Positions 29,869-42,025 of a DNA stretch of 64,000 bases are shown piece after piece; the first letter of the stretch is position 1; each line of letters starts with the position of its first letter. The notes under the pieces are model-generated. The model was not told where the DNA came from. It saw only the letters and a list, made by a program, of their open reading frames with translations, and searched no databases. Source of the DNA: Amoebidium appalachense. Its lineage: Eukaryota; Protista; Ichthyosporea. Made by a program: the position numbers and the translations under genes. The DNA is taken from positions 18,276,783 through 18,340,782 of the forward strand of contig CAVNZM010000001.1 of the NCBI GenBank assembly GCA_963693365.1. The letters run 5' to 3'.

Positions 29869-31045
29869 CGGTTTGGTCCGACACCTGTGGGGTTGGTTCC
29901 CACTTGTCGCTTACGGGGTCGTATGCACGACCTTCCGCCAGCGCGAACAGTTCGCAGAAGAGCTCGATTTCCATCTCGCATCGGCGTTTGCGCTCGAGCA
30001 GTTTCTCACCAGAAAACATTGGTTCCTTCGTGTCCGTGTCTATCACGCTCGTAGCATCGTTTTCCAACTTTGCGAGGAACTCTTTTGCCTTGCTGATGCG
30101 TACACGACAACGTGTGGCGCACGCATTCTTAGCAGACACTTTACGTTCTTTGTCTGCTTTCTGAATGTTTTCCGGCGCGCATGGGTCGTAGCTTGGGAGG
30201 TGGGTGAAGAAGCTTCCACACCCCTTTGTCGCGTCACGGATGAACGCACGGTTATAGTCGCCCCGTACTGCTACTTCCAGCACATCGTATCCAATGAAGG
30301 ACAGACAAAGGATGCGAGAGCACCGGAAGCCGAGAGCCTTGAAGATGGACCACATGGCCCTGTGTGGGCGTCTGCCGTGCTTGACTTTGAAATACACCCT
30401 CTCGTATTTGGGTGGGATGTTGATGTTACCGTTTGCTTGGGTGTTCCCCTTAGCCGGCGGTTTGGGAGGGGAGTTGCGGCGGTACTCGTTGCCTGCAAGA
30501 ATGCTGGCATATGTTTCCTTGGCAATTTGGCGGAGCTCGGGTGTTTTACGAGAGTTCGCATATTCTAGGAACTCTGCCGGGAGCTGTGCTTCCGGTCCTG
30601 TGTTGTTTTGTGTTGGGGTGGAAATGTCTCCGTCGCGAGATGTTTGCTCATGAGTTTTGGGGTTTTGCGATCCACTAATGTTTAGCTGGGCTGTGAGTGA
30701 ATCAATGGTGAGCTTGAGTTGGGTATTTTCTGTTTGGAGTTTTTCTATCATGTTCTTGAGTGGTAACAGCTCATTTAGCTGTTTCTTAACGAGGGCAAGT
30801 TCTGCCAGTACTGTATCAACCGAAAGTTTCGGCATGGTTGTTATTGTGTTTCTACGGAGTGGTGTGGTGTTATTCTGAATGGGTAGTGTATTGTAAATAG
30901 GTGTTGCGCTTAGTCTAAGGCGATGTTTTTCTGGTTGTGCATCTGTGGTAGGTGTATCTGCTGGACGTTTTAATGGTCGCACATGTGTGATGGGTGTAGA
31001 TGGAACTTTGAAAGAGGTTCTGAAACGATTATAGGCATGTGCCAT
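29861..31045 (-). CDS. LINE ORF1 (coiled-coil, putative nucleic-acid chaperone)
   Basis: 394 aa with a heptad region (LAELALVKKQLNELL...LQTENTQLKLTIDSL). Overlaps ORF2 by 8 nt (ATGCCTAA at 29868-29861). Confidence 0.85.
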   Translation of the reverse strand: MAHAYNRFRTSFKVPSTPITHVRPLKRPADTPTTDAQPEKHRLRLSATPIYNTLPIQNNTTPLRRNTITTMPKLSVDTVLAELALVKKQLNELLPLKNMIEKLQTENTQLKLTIDSLTAQLNISGSQNPKTHEQTSRDGDISTPTQNNTGPEAQLPAEFLEYANSRKTPELRQIAKETYASILAGNEYRRNSPPKPPAKGNTQANGNINIPPKYERVYFKVKHGRRPHRAMWSIFKALGFRCSRILCLSFIGYDVLEVAVRGDYNRAFIRDATKGCGSFFTHLPSYDPCAPENIQKADKERKVSAKNACATRCRVRISKAKEFLAKLENDATSVIDTDTKEPMFSGEKLLERKRRCEMEIELFCELFALAEGRAYDPVSDKWEPTPQVSDQTDA

Positions 31046-31150
31046 GACATGGATGGGGGTGTTCCCCGGCCCTTAGGGCCACGGATGGCCCGGTTTAGGG
31101 GTGGATGCGCGAAGGATACTATTTATTAGCAGATAATAAAAAGCGACATT

Positions 31151-31219
31151 TGAATCGATGTGTGCGACTGAATCGATGTGTGCGACTGAATCGATGTGTG
31201 CGACTGAATCGATGTGTGC
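31151..31219. repeat. 18-bp tandem repeat (~3.8 copies) in the LINE 5' UTR
   Basis: tgaatcgatgtgtgcgac at 31151, 31169 and 31187, with a partial copy at 31205. Confidence 0.95.
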
Positions 31220-31298
31220 AGTAGGTGGCAGCTCTGGGGCCGGCATTACTCCACTGCCCGGCACGCGCCGGACGGTACGGCGGGGGCAGCGACTGGGC

Positions 31299-31877
31299 CG
31301 CTTCACGTGGGTGCTAGAATTTAGATAATGGGAATCTAGATAATTAGCGTTAAAAAATGTCCACTCCGATCGATCACTTTAAATTTAATGCATTCCATCG
31401 GGGTCTAGAATCTGGATGCCCATCTTCCAGATGTCGCAATCTGGAAGAGGGGGGAGGGGGGGTCTTCCAGATGTCTGGAGCCAATCTAGAAATTGAACTG
31501 ATTTCCGATTGGTCGGCTGCATTTTGTCTAGACCAATCAATGTACTTATTGAAGATCATTGGTCCAAAAGGGGTTTTTTGCATACCTGTGCTATGCTGTA
31601 GTTTCTGTCTTCTTTTTTGTTATGAAGTTTTCAGCGATACGTATATATAAACCTTGCAAAAAATATTAATATGCATATTTATAAGCTTATAAAATATTTA
31701 TCACAGTCTCAGTGTTAAGTTTTTACATTTATTTATTAAACAAAGCAAGAAACAATGTAGAGTTTCTAAATTATCTAAATCATACCTGTGCGAACCGGAA
31801 CAATTTAGAACGTTCTAAAGACAATTTAGAACTTCCAGATTTGCCGCATTTCTAAATTCTAGCTCCCACGTGAAGCG
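31299..31877. mobile_element. MITE-like element with 27-bp TIRs
   Basis: cgcttcacgtggg(t/a)gctagaatttaga at 31299-31325 and inverted at 31851-31877 (1 mismatch). Internal repeated TCTAGA/TCCAGA motifs. No TSD seen. Confidence 0.75.
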
Positions 31878-32158
31878 ACTCACTGGTGGGACGGGTGCAG
31901 CAGAACTAAGTTAGATCTTGCGGCTCATTGGCTCAAAGAGCATCATTTACTGATGCGGACCGAACCAATCGGAGAGCACAAGCAATTATGGAGAATCATC
32001 ATGGCCCTCCTGCCAGGGGGAAACTCTTGTGAAATAGGGCTTACATGCTCGACTCAATTCAGTTTTCATTTCAAATCCCTGTGCACTAGCATCGTCACTG
32101 TCAGCACGGTGTTTCATATTGCTAGCCGGGATAACTATTGAAAAGCACTATTACAAAA

Positions 32159-32266
32159 ATGTCGAATCTTGCGGACTACGTGGTCCTGGCAATCCTGGTG
32201 TTTGCCTGCTACAAGTACTTCACCGTTGGGGGTGCCCCGACGCAGCAGATGCCCAAACAAGCATGA
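32159..32266 (+). CDS. Candidate 35-aa single-TM microprotein
   Basis: MSNLADYVVLAILVFACYKYFTVGGAPTQQMPKQA*. Start context caaaaATG, C/G-ending codons like neighbouring genes, upstream CCAAT motifs, and a downstream GTAAG donor at 32310. Confidence 0.45.
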   Translation: MSNLADYVVLAILVFACYKYFTVGGAPTQQMPKQA

Positions 32267-32367
32267 AGCGGGCCCTGGTAATACGGCAAAGAATGGACAT
32301 GAATGACTGGTAAGAGTGCTTGCGGTTAGAGAAAAGATGCAGATGTGTTGTTGTTACGTGTAGCATG

Positions 32368-32410
<43 letters not shown>

Positions 32411-32477
32411 GTACACACACACACACACACACACCGTGGCACAAGTGCACGCACACAGACACGCACACACACGCACG

Positions 32478-32590
<113 letters not shown>

Positions 32591-32855
32591 GCACGCACGC
32601 ACGCACAGGCACAGCCACAGTCACGCACACACGCATGCACACACACGCATGCACATGCACACACACACACCCATACACGCATGCACACGCACATGGACAC
32701 AGTGCCACACGCACACGCACACACGCACACACACACAAACACACACAAACACACACAAACACACACACATCGGACTGTACACGGACACCAGTGCACAGGG
32801 CAGTGTCACACCGTGACCGTGACGAAAATTTGCATGAACATTGCTTCGTCGCCTA

Positions 32856-32898
32856 GCCCATAATAGTTAACCCATAATAGTTAGCCCATAATAGTTAG
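32856..32898. repeat. 14-bp tandem repeat x3
   Basis: (g/a)cccataatagtta three times. Confidence 0.9.
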
Positions 32899-33040
32899 TT
32901 GCATGATTAGATCATACAACATGTCCGTGTGCGGGTGGCCACCGCAGGCTAATAGCTATGTACGAACTCTCACGCGCACGCACAGTCACACGTGCACGCA
33001 CTGTGAATACCACCACAAACGCACACACGCACGCACGCGT

Positions 33041-33191
<151 letters not shown>

Positions 33192-34217
33192 CCTCAACAC
33201 AACGCCGCATACCACCCATACATACGGTGGAATTCGAACTGGGGGTACCTGGTAATGCATCACATCCGTGAGCACATCCGGCATACACACACCTAACTTG
33301 CTCTACGGTAATTGATGCACTCACTCAGAGCACACACGCATCATAAACAGAATGCATTCTTAGACTCGTGTTGCACGGTGAAGGTCCGGTAGTGCACTGA
33401 AGCAGAAATCAGCACACCGAAGGACTGGTCACGCACACAAACATTGCCTGTGAGTTTGCACACTAGTGGGTGTTAGGCAAAGATTCAATACGTTGCAAAC
33501 AGACATGATGTATGTCATTTGCTTGTGCAAATGTTTTTTTTTGAATCACTCTTGCCACATGGGAAAGAGTACAAAATACTCACCATATCCCTTTCCCGCA
33601 CCCAACAGACAGCGATACCTTCAGCGGCAAAACTTGAACAGGGATACAACCGCTGCAGCAGTACATACGAGCACCTCTGCAAGCTCTGGCAGTGCATAGT
33701 TCTCAGATTCTCAGAGATTCCCTGAACAATTCAGCATTCGATGGAGAATATTTTGTGAATTAACGGGTATTGCTAAACTTTGTGTTTGTTTTTCGATGAG
33801 AAGGTTATGCTCCTCCCAGTTGCTTTATGAACAGGTAGCTATAGCAATGGATCGGACTTACACACATAGTACTATGTCACCGTGAAAGTCATAAACTGCA
33901 ATGATAAAGGCTTGTAACCGTTGCTGTCTCTGAGTCAAAGAAATCTTCAAATTCAAATAAAGGTTAGATTGTCCTGGTAACACTGGTTGAAACTTCAGCC
34001 GTGAAGAACTACCGGTGCACCTATCACAATGTTTAGTTGAAGCCAAATAACTGTTATCACATATCCCCTCCAATGCCTTAGGGGCAGATTTCGAAGCTGG
34101 TGTGTGTGTGTGTGCGCGCGCACGCGTGTTGCTGTTATCACGGTGGTGACCTAGTGTATACATAAAATGCGCAAACTAGCAGTTATATATGTTTATGGTT
34201 TATGTGCCGGGGGGCTG

Positions 34218-34257
<40 letters not shown>

Positions 34258-34712
34258 GGGTTGGCTATCGATGGGGTCCCGGAAAGGGGGCCCCGGGGAA
34301 GGGGGGAGGGGGGTTGGGAGGGGGGTTTACAAGTCTTTGAAGTGGTAGATGTGGTAGTTACGTATAACACATTGCAGCAATCACGTTATAGTGGATCATA
34401 ACATGAATCAAACAGAGTAATCATTGCAAAAGATAATAACTGTCATCCATTCTGTTGGCTCCTCATTTACTAAGAAAATGAATGTGGAATTTGAAGCAAA
34501 ATCAGCCTTGCAAAAAATAAATAGAAAGCTGAAGCCCGATTCTCATGCTCTCACATTCCTAGTTTCACAGGGGCAGTAAAGTATAAAAGCAGTCGAAGCT
34601 TTAGTTTCATGATCAAGCCTTCAGAAGGGAATTTCACAGAGTTTCACAGTGCCAGCCAGCCATATGCATAGTATCTAAATCTACATAATACGAAGGTTAT
34701 CATATGTGACAA

Positions 34713-35587
34713 TTACACAGATATAGCGGGCCCAAAGTCCCCACTGCCAAACAGTTCATAGTCCGGCTCAACGTAATTCCTCTCCAAATCTTCGATTACG
34801 GGATCATGAAACAGATCGTGCGCGCCACGATCTGGTCGGTACACATTCCCGTCCTGAACCTCCTTCATACGTTTCCTCCTAACTTGTTGCAATACTACCA
34901 AACCCAGGGCAACCAATAACGCTATGGCACCCAATGATCCGAAAACGCCCCCCACAACCAGTTTAGCCATATTAGGTGAATTAGATTCACCACCAATGAC
35001 GCTGCTGTCGATCACCTGAGGGTCTGGGTTGAATATTGAACCGTTTCTAGCACAGACACATTCTTGCACATCTTTTGTCAATGCTTGGGAAGCGTCGCAG
35101 GTGAACTCAGTCGCATGCCCGTCCGCAGGTGCAATGCCTTCATCTGATTGGATGCCTCCTTGTGTGCTTTCTGGAAACACCCACCATTGTCGATCGTTTC
35201 TGCTATCACATTCCTCCAGAGTGAGTGTAAATTCTTGATCTTTTCCTGTCGGAAGTGTGTCCATTTCCCCGTCCGTGTATTCAAAATAGTGCTTGCCTGG
35301 GTGACGCCGTTGCAAGAAGTGAGGAACGGCAAGACAGAACTGTGACTTTCTTGCCATATCGGGTAATTTGCCGCCATTTAAGGGCGCATGGTCAATGGTA
35401 ACCAATCGCCCATCGGTCAGTTTCCATATTTGCGCACTGTCGAGTGAATCGCATTGGCTGATTGTCACGGTGGGTGTGTTGGACCCTAGAGCAAAGGTTG
35501 CGGTGATGCACCCAGAGGTAGACTTGATGTGTGTACCGTCCCACTGTGTGTTTGTGTGTGTGCGTGCGTGTGCGTGTGCATGCATGC

Positions 35588-35675
<88 letters not shown>

Positions 35676-37142
35676 ATGGGGGGGGGGGGGGGGGAGGGAG
35701 AGGGGGGGAGGAGGGGAGTTGAGATGGGAGGGCAATCAGTATACGGAATTGACTTCATTGCCGAAAGAAAGTAAGTGGTGTTGTTTTGGGAGTGAGGGTG
35801 GGGTATGTTGGTGGGTGAGTGGGTGGGTTGGAGTTATTGGGGAGTGGTGAGTGTGTGTGTATGTGTTTTTAGGAGGCGGGCGGGCGTGGAGGGGTGGGTG
35901 GGTGGGTGGGTGGGGTGGGTGGGGGGAGCATTATGTTCTTCTGTCTGCATATTGATTGGGCGGGGGAGGGGGGCGTGGGGAATGGTTAAGGAGGGACACG
36001 GTTGGGTGCCTGGGTGGGTCTCTGGGACGGGGTGGAAGGGAAAGGGAGAGAGTGGATGTGAGTTGCGGTGGGAGGGGGGAGGGGAGGAGGGGAGGGGGGG
36101 GGGGGGGTTGAGGGGGGGGTGGGGGGTTGCAGTTTAATGTATGTTAAAGAGCCGAAGATGGAAGTTTGAGAGGAATTTCCGGAAAATATGGCTGTGCTGT
36201 GTGGACGGAGTTGGTGTTTGGTGGTGTGAATGTCTGCGTGGAGAGAGAGAGGGGGAGACGGGGGAGGTCACCCGTGAATTTCAGAGACACGCAACAAAAA
36301 CACATCACAGCATATTCAATAGTGCTCGTTTGGAATGTCGAGCTCGGCGTGAAGCAGAACAGACGAGTGAAGATACAATCGGAACGTCTTTTTTTTGGGT
36401 TGGTGGAGGGGGGAGAGGGGGGAAGGAGGGGAAGGTGAAGGACGGGGCGGGGGGAGAGGGGGGTGGTGATGTATGTGTTAGAGGGTTGGAATTATGGAGG
36501 AGACAGCAAAGAGCAACAATGAAAGGGGGGGGGCGGGAGGGGGGGAAGGTGAAGGGCAGGGGGGCGTGGGGGGGGGAGCACATGGTTGAGGTTTTTGGAG
36601 AAGGGGGGGGAAGGGGGGGTGGGGGGTGAGGGAATGGGTGGGAAGTGTGAGGCACGGGGAAGTAGACAAGATTGTGGTTTGGAATATAGTACCCATGAAG
36701 TACATTGCACCGAGGATACGATAACGTGGACATGCAGAAAAAGGGCTCATTTTTCGACGGGGCCAGGGGTGGTGGGGGCCCCCGGGGGGGGAGGGGGGGG
36801 GGGGGGGGGGGGGGGAGGGGGAGGATGGAGGGGAGGGTCAGAATGCAGAGTACGACACAAAGTACATCTAAATGATGAGAAACACGCCACAGGACACACG
36901 AGACAAATATTCAAGTACGCAACATCAGCAATGCGCGTAGTGTGCAGACATTGAAGAGCCCATTGGGAAGGGAGGGGAGGGGGGAGGGGGGGGGGGAAGG
37001 AGGGCTGATAGCAAAAGGCTCCGAATATCAGTATCTATAATTTTTAATGAGTATAACTAGGAGTCTGACAATATGAAAGCAGCCTGTTGCATGGAGAGAA
37101 AGCGAAAGGTTGTTCGGGGCGGAGCGCTGCAGGCCGACGGGG

Positions 37143-37174
<32 letters not shown>

Positions 37175-38477
37175 AGCCATTTTGAAGAAAAAGGTGGAGC
37201 AAAAGGGAGGGCCGGGGAGTGAGGGGCTTAAGGGAAGGGCGGGGGGGGGGGGGGGGGGGGGGGGGAAGGGGGTGGGGGAGGAGGGGGAGGAGGAGGGGGG
37301 TTACTTACGCTCCAGCGTGTGGTTTCCACATCACCACAAAGACCCAACCCCAGGGACATATTCGGATTTTTGGCGACACAATAGTCCATATCACTGTATC
37401 GGGATGACGATACAAGCTTGAACTGCAAGTGGTCACTCGCTGGTTCACGCTTGGCCCTATCCAATGTTCTTCTGGGCGAATCACAAATCCTCGTTCGTGA
37501 TTGGACGTTATCGCTACAGGCGCAGTTTGACCAATCGGCCCATTCACTGCACGCACATGACAGTGTTTGATTGGAGCATTCACAATTCACTGTTTGCATG
37601 CGGTGCATTCCTCGGGCGGCACAAACACCTGCTCCCGTTTCTGTGCAATGCCTCCATCTTTTCCGATTATGCAGATCGCAATCGCACGGTGCCCACTCGG
37701 CCCAATCACAACACGTACACTCCCCTTCGTTTAGTGGTGGCTCTGAAATATCATTGGCTGGTACGATTAAGTCGTCTGCAGCTGCTGGCATTTGATTGGC
37801 CTGATTTTCCGTATCTGATTCGATTGGGCTGGTGGGGCATGGGCACGGTGTCTGTTGCAGCATGTTGCACCCAAGGTCATGGGAATAATCGATGCATGAT
37901 TTTGAGCGAATGGAAACACCGGATGGGCAGTCACATTTCGACCATTCAGACCAGGCTGTGTATGGGCAAGAACATACTAATCTTTGTTCTGCAGAAGTAT
38001 TACGTTAGAAAATGCAACAGGGAAATAAACCTCCGAGGGGGGAGGGAGAGCAACCGGGGGGGGGGGGGGGGGGGGGGAGGGAGGGGGGGGGAGGGGGGGA
38101 GGGGGGGGTATAGTCGTGAATGCGTACACAAACATCATAGCTCCGCTGTCTTGCCCCCCCCCCCCTCCCCCACCTGGCTTCAAATACAATTTAAAAAATG
38201 AGACCACAACGGATATTCAGCAGAATATGTTTTTCCGGTGATGTCCCCAGAAAGAGACATGGACAGAAGCCCTGGCCCTATAATACCAAGAAATACCAAG
38301 AAACATGCATACACGTTGATAATACCTCTCTGTACCCCCCCCCCCCCCCCCTCCCCCGGTGCCCCTTCCTGCCCCATCTGCTAGGCTCTTACTTCCAAGC
38401 CTCCCCTCATCCCCCCCCCCCCCCCCCCCCCCCTCCCTCCCTTGTTTTTCCTGCCATTGATTAATCTCCGCATCCAT
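34713..38477 (-). CDS. Single-pass membrane protein: three TSP1-like repeats + ricin-B (QxW) lectin domain + TM + tyrosine-containing tail
   Basis: Exon 37988-37309 contains [18 protein letters not shown] and [14 protein letters not shown]. It joins in phase 0 to exon 35543-34713 (TTRWS|WDGTHIK; AQIW, RQWW; [26 protein letters not shown]; stop-transfer RRKR). The 5' exons (~38477-38200, hydrophobic [11 protein letters not shown]) are only tentatively resolved. TATA-like ctatataaaagg near 38610. Confidence 0.8.
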
Positions 38478-38868
38478 TCTTGCCTTTGGTCTGCTCTTTT
38501 CAAACTCAATTGTTTTATTCACTTCGCCGAGATGATATTAGAGGTTTTTACAGCTACATTGTCAATTCAATAGAGTCTCTTTTTGGAATCCTGGACTCAC
38601 GCTGATTTCCTTTTATATAGTCTCTGCTAGCTTGGAACTTGCACCGTGACATGTCTGTCAGCAGTAGTGAAAATGGTTTGTGTGCACTCATATGTTCTTG
38701 TATTGCTAAGGGTTATCCTTGGTGTTTGCGTAAGAAATTGTTTTTTATGGATGGTTTGCATAATTGTTACCGTCTTTTTGTTTGCTAAATGCATGTACTT
38801 GTGTGTAGGCGTTGAATGTACTTAGTTACCCAGGTGGATGTGTCTGTTGGGGTTGGGTGTGTGTGTGT

Positions 38869-38952
<84 letters not shown>

Positions 38953-40765
38953 GGTACATGGATGGTGGGTATTTGACCGCATGTAAGGTGTGCAGCTGTT
39001 TTTACGTTGCGGTGTGCACGTGTTTAGAAAAAGGGGTATGCAGAATACTAGGGTAGCCACGGTGTGTTACCTGGAATTTCAGCTCTGGAGGTCGGCAGCA
39101 GATGAATTATTAACAGGATTACAGCCCTTGTATCGAATCCCCATCTCCACCACTTGGTCCAAGACATTTTTCTGCTCCGGATGGCCTCATACCGTAGGTA
39201 CACGTAGATGCATTTGCCTGCTTTTGATAATGTCAAAATGGGAACTCGAGTCAGGACCTCCTCCCGTTATCGCCATTCAGAGACACATGTACGGGGATGT
39301 GCGCATGCACACGATTCGTGTCCGGGCTGTGTTTTTTAAATTTGGGTTGAGAATATGAGTGCCGATGCCACATGACAAATTAAATGAAGTCGCACAACTA
39401 ACATTACACTAGGAAAACAGCAATACTATCATACATGCACACATAGGCATAGGTCCCCCTTAAAAAAACATGCACAGTGCACACATGTTCAGTTGCTAGT
39501 ACCGTACCAACGTGCTCAGCGTTCATGTAAATACGTCTGCACCCCTCCCAGCCCACACAATGGTTCCCCAGTCTGCGAACACATGCATGCACGGTCGCAC
39601 AGGCCACGTATGCACAGTCACAAACACAAGAATCTAACATGTTAAGCATGTATGTAAGGCACACATGTAAGGCACACATGGCGGTTGCATGAGGCTGTTC
39701 GCTTGGAGTTTACAGGTATACAGACAGACTTCGACAAGCAAACCAGCTGGGCTAACAACAGGCACAAATGATCATGTAATGAAAAGTTAACGTACTCTCA
39801 CAAGATAATTGTTCCAAGGTCAAACATACCTGTACCTAATATATATAAGGCCCTCTCAGAACAACCTTCCTCGCCGTTGCCAAAGTCTTATATAGAATCG
39901 CCCTACGTAGTACAATTGTACATATCCCAATACTTTGAAAAGGAGAGTTGCACTATGACCAATTAACTATATATGTACTATGTACGCATCATGTACATTA
40001 TTTATACGTAACAATGTTGATGCAGTGCAAGGCGTCTAAACAGTGGCTGTGCACAATAGTTTGGGACGCAATAAATTTAGGTGCAGGCACTGCTCGTTTT
40101 CGAAAGAAAGCCCGGCTTGGCGACATGTACTGAGTGCACTTGAACAGCAGCCGATGAGCCAGATTTTTAGTCTGATCTAGCTGGAGCTGGGCTGGGAGCG
40201 CGGCAAATCGCGACACTCTAATATATAAATTATGGTCCGCTAAGCATCCGCCGCCCCCGCGCAGAAGAAGTTACATGGACCAGTTAAGTGGTATATAAAA
40301 ACATTTAATATGTAGGTGTATGTATATGTTTTTTAGATGTAGTCCATTTTTGATTTAATCTGCATATATCACGCGTAAGCCTTCTGGATATCACCCTCTG
40401 TCAGCGGATACATCACCACTGTTTTACCCATTTCTTCGTCGCAGTGCTGTCATTGGCGCATTAGATGCAACCTGCTGTTCATTGGTGACATTCAAAGTAG
40501 CCACAGCTGATTGGTTTTGTGTGTTTTGGGCGCGAATTTGCGCCGCGCGGATGGCGCTCATTGTGTTGTGTGTAGCTGTTGTGTGTGCTGTTCAGAGGTC
40601 CGTGCACGTAGGGGTACCTTTCGTAAAAACGGTTTTTTGCAGTTTCCTTATATGGCTAATCGGATCGAACCGGATTCGATTTGGACCAATCATAAATACC
40701 CCTTGGCAGAGTTTTCTCGTTACGACACGTAGCGTGGCTCAATGCTCATCGCGATCGATCGGGGG

Positions 40766-40853
<88 letters not shown>

Positions 40854-41448
40854 TCGGTTGGCCACCAGCTGTGCCACGAGGGTACTTCGGGCCCTCGAAC
40901 AATAAGAGCCACCGGTACCCCGAGATCAACTGTTTAGGTCGGCTGACACAACAGCACCCCGAACAACAGCAAACGTCACGGAATCGGCCAGCATCACGCA
41001 AACAAATACGCCATGGGCTACACGCTTAGGCGTGTCGCCACGTGGGTGGGATTCACGCTACTTAAACGTGTCGGCTCATGGATGGGCTTCACGCAATTGT
41101 GTGGGACCCGGAGGATGGGTAGGCTCCACGATATTATTTTTTTATTTTTTTATTTTTTTTATTTTATCCCGTTTCACTCCCGGAGGCACTGCCTAAGGGG
41201 AGCTAACATCTTCCACAGTAGACACACGAATGTGCTCTCTACATAGTGCAACTATAAGTCAGGATACATAATCCCGACTGTCACTACATATTCTGGCAAT
41301 TCTTAGCCCACGGGGTTGCCGCAGTCACGCTAGTGGGGATTGAGCAAACTCACTTCAACCAACACCTAGCCAGGAGTGACCCGGGGGAAAATAAAAGGGT
41401 ATAAGCAAGAAAAAATGTTCGGAAAGTTAGAAACAATACAATAAGACG

Positions 41449-42025
41449 AAGCAGTGTGTTCGTGCTGCTCTGCATGGTGGAAAAGAAAGAAAGAAGAGCA
41501 GTGTGTTGGTGCTGCTCGGCATGGTAGAAGACTAGAGCAGGGTGTTGGTGCTGCTCGGCATGGTAGAAGACACTAGAGCAGGGTGTTGGTGCTGCTCGGC
41601 ATGGTAGAAGACAATAGAGCAGGGTGTTGGTGCTGCTCGGCATGGTAGAAGACACTAGAGCAGGGTGTTGGTGCTGCTCGGCATGGTAGAAGACACTAGA
41701 GCAGGGTGTTGGTGCTGCTCGGCATGGTAGAAGACACTAGAGCAGGGTGTTGGTGCTGCTCGGCATGGTAGAAGACTAGAGCAGGGTGATGGTGCTGCTC
41801 GGCATGGTAGAAGACACTAGAGCAGGGTGTTGGTGTTGCTCGGCATGGTAGAAGACACTAGAGCAGGGTGATGGTGCTGCTCGGCATGGTAGAAGACACT
41901 AGAGCAGGGTGATGGTGCTGCTCGGCATGGTAGAAGACACTAGAGCAGGGTGTTGGTGCTGCTCGGCATGGTAGAGGACACTAGAGCAGGGTGTTGGTGC
42001 TGCTCGTCATGGTGGAAGAAGACAG
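41449..42025. repeat. 41-bp minisatellite, about 14 copies
   Basis: Unit gagcagggtgttggtgctgctcggcatggtagaagacacta, head-to-tail with no spacers. Two 39-bp variants; terminal copies degenerate. Confidence 0.97.

Larger units (their letters stand above)
26498..31290 (-). mobile_element. Apparently full-length non-LTR retrotransposon (LINE) with ORF1 and APE-RT ORF2
   Basis: Two intact ORFs; 3' UTR with (CA)n (26600-26670) followed by a poly(A) tail (plus-strand T-run 26498-26532); 5' UTR with tandem repeats. The 5' boundary is approximate and no TSD was identified. Confidence 0.92.

Noticed and set aside
29873-30568. 231-aa plus-strand ORF
   Set aside because: Antisense shadow of LINE ORF1 with no recognisable motifs.
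31061-31068. gttccccg as LINE target-site duplication (also at 26491-26498 beside the tail)
   Set aside because: Only 8 bp, it would leave a ~15-nt 5' UTR, and it lies within a hairpin; chance cannot be excluded.
36270-36388. Additional exon of the TSP1/ricin gene
   Set aside because: It has a stop in the required phase, and exons 37309 and 35543 join directly into a sensible ricin repeat.
41449-42025. CRISPR array
   Set aside because: Units are contiguous with no unique spacers, no cas genes are present, and the context is eukaryotic.
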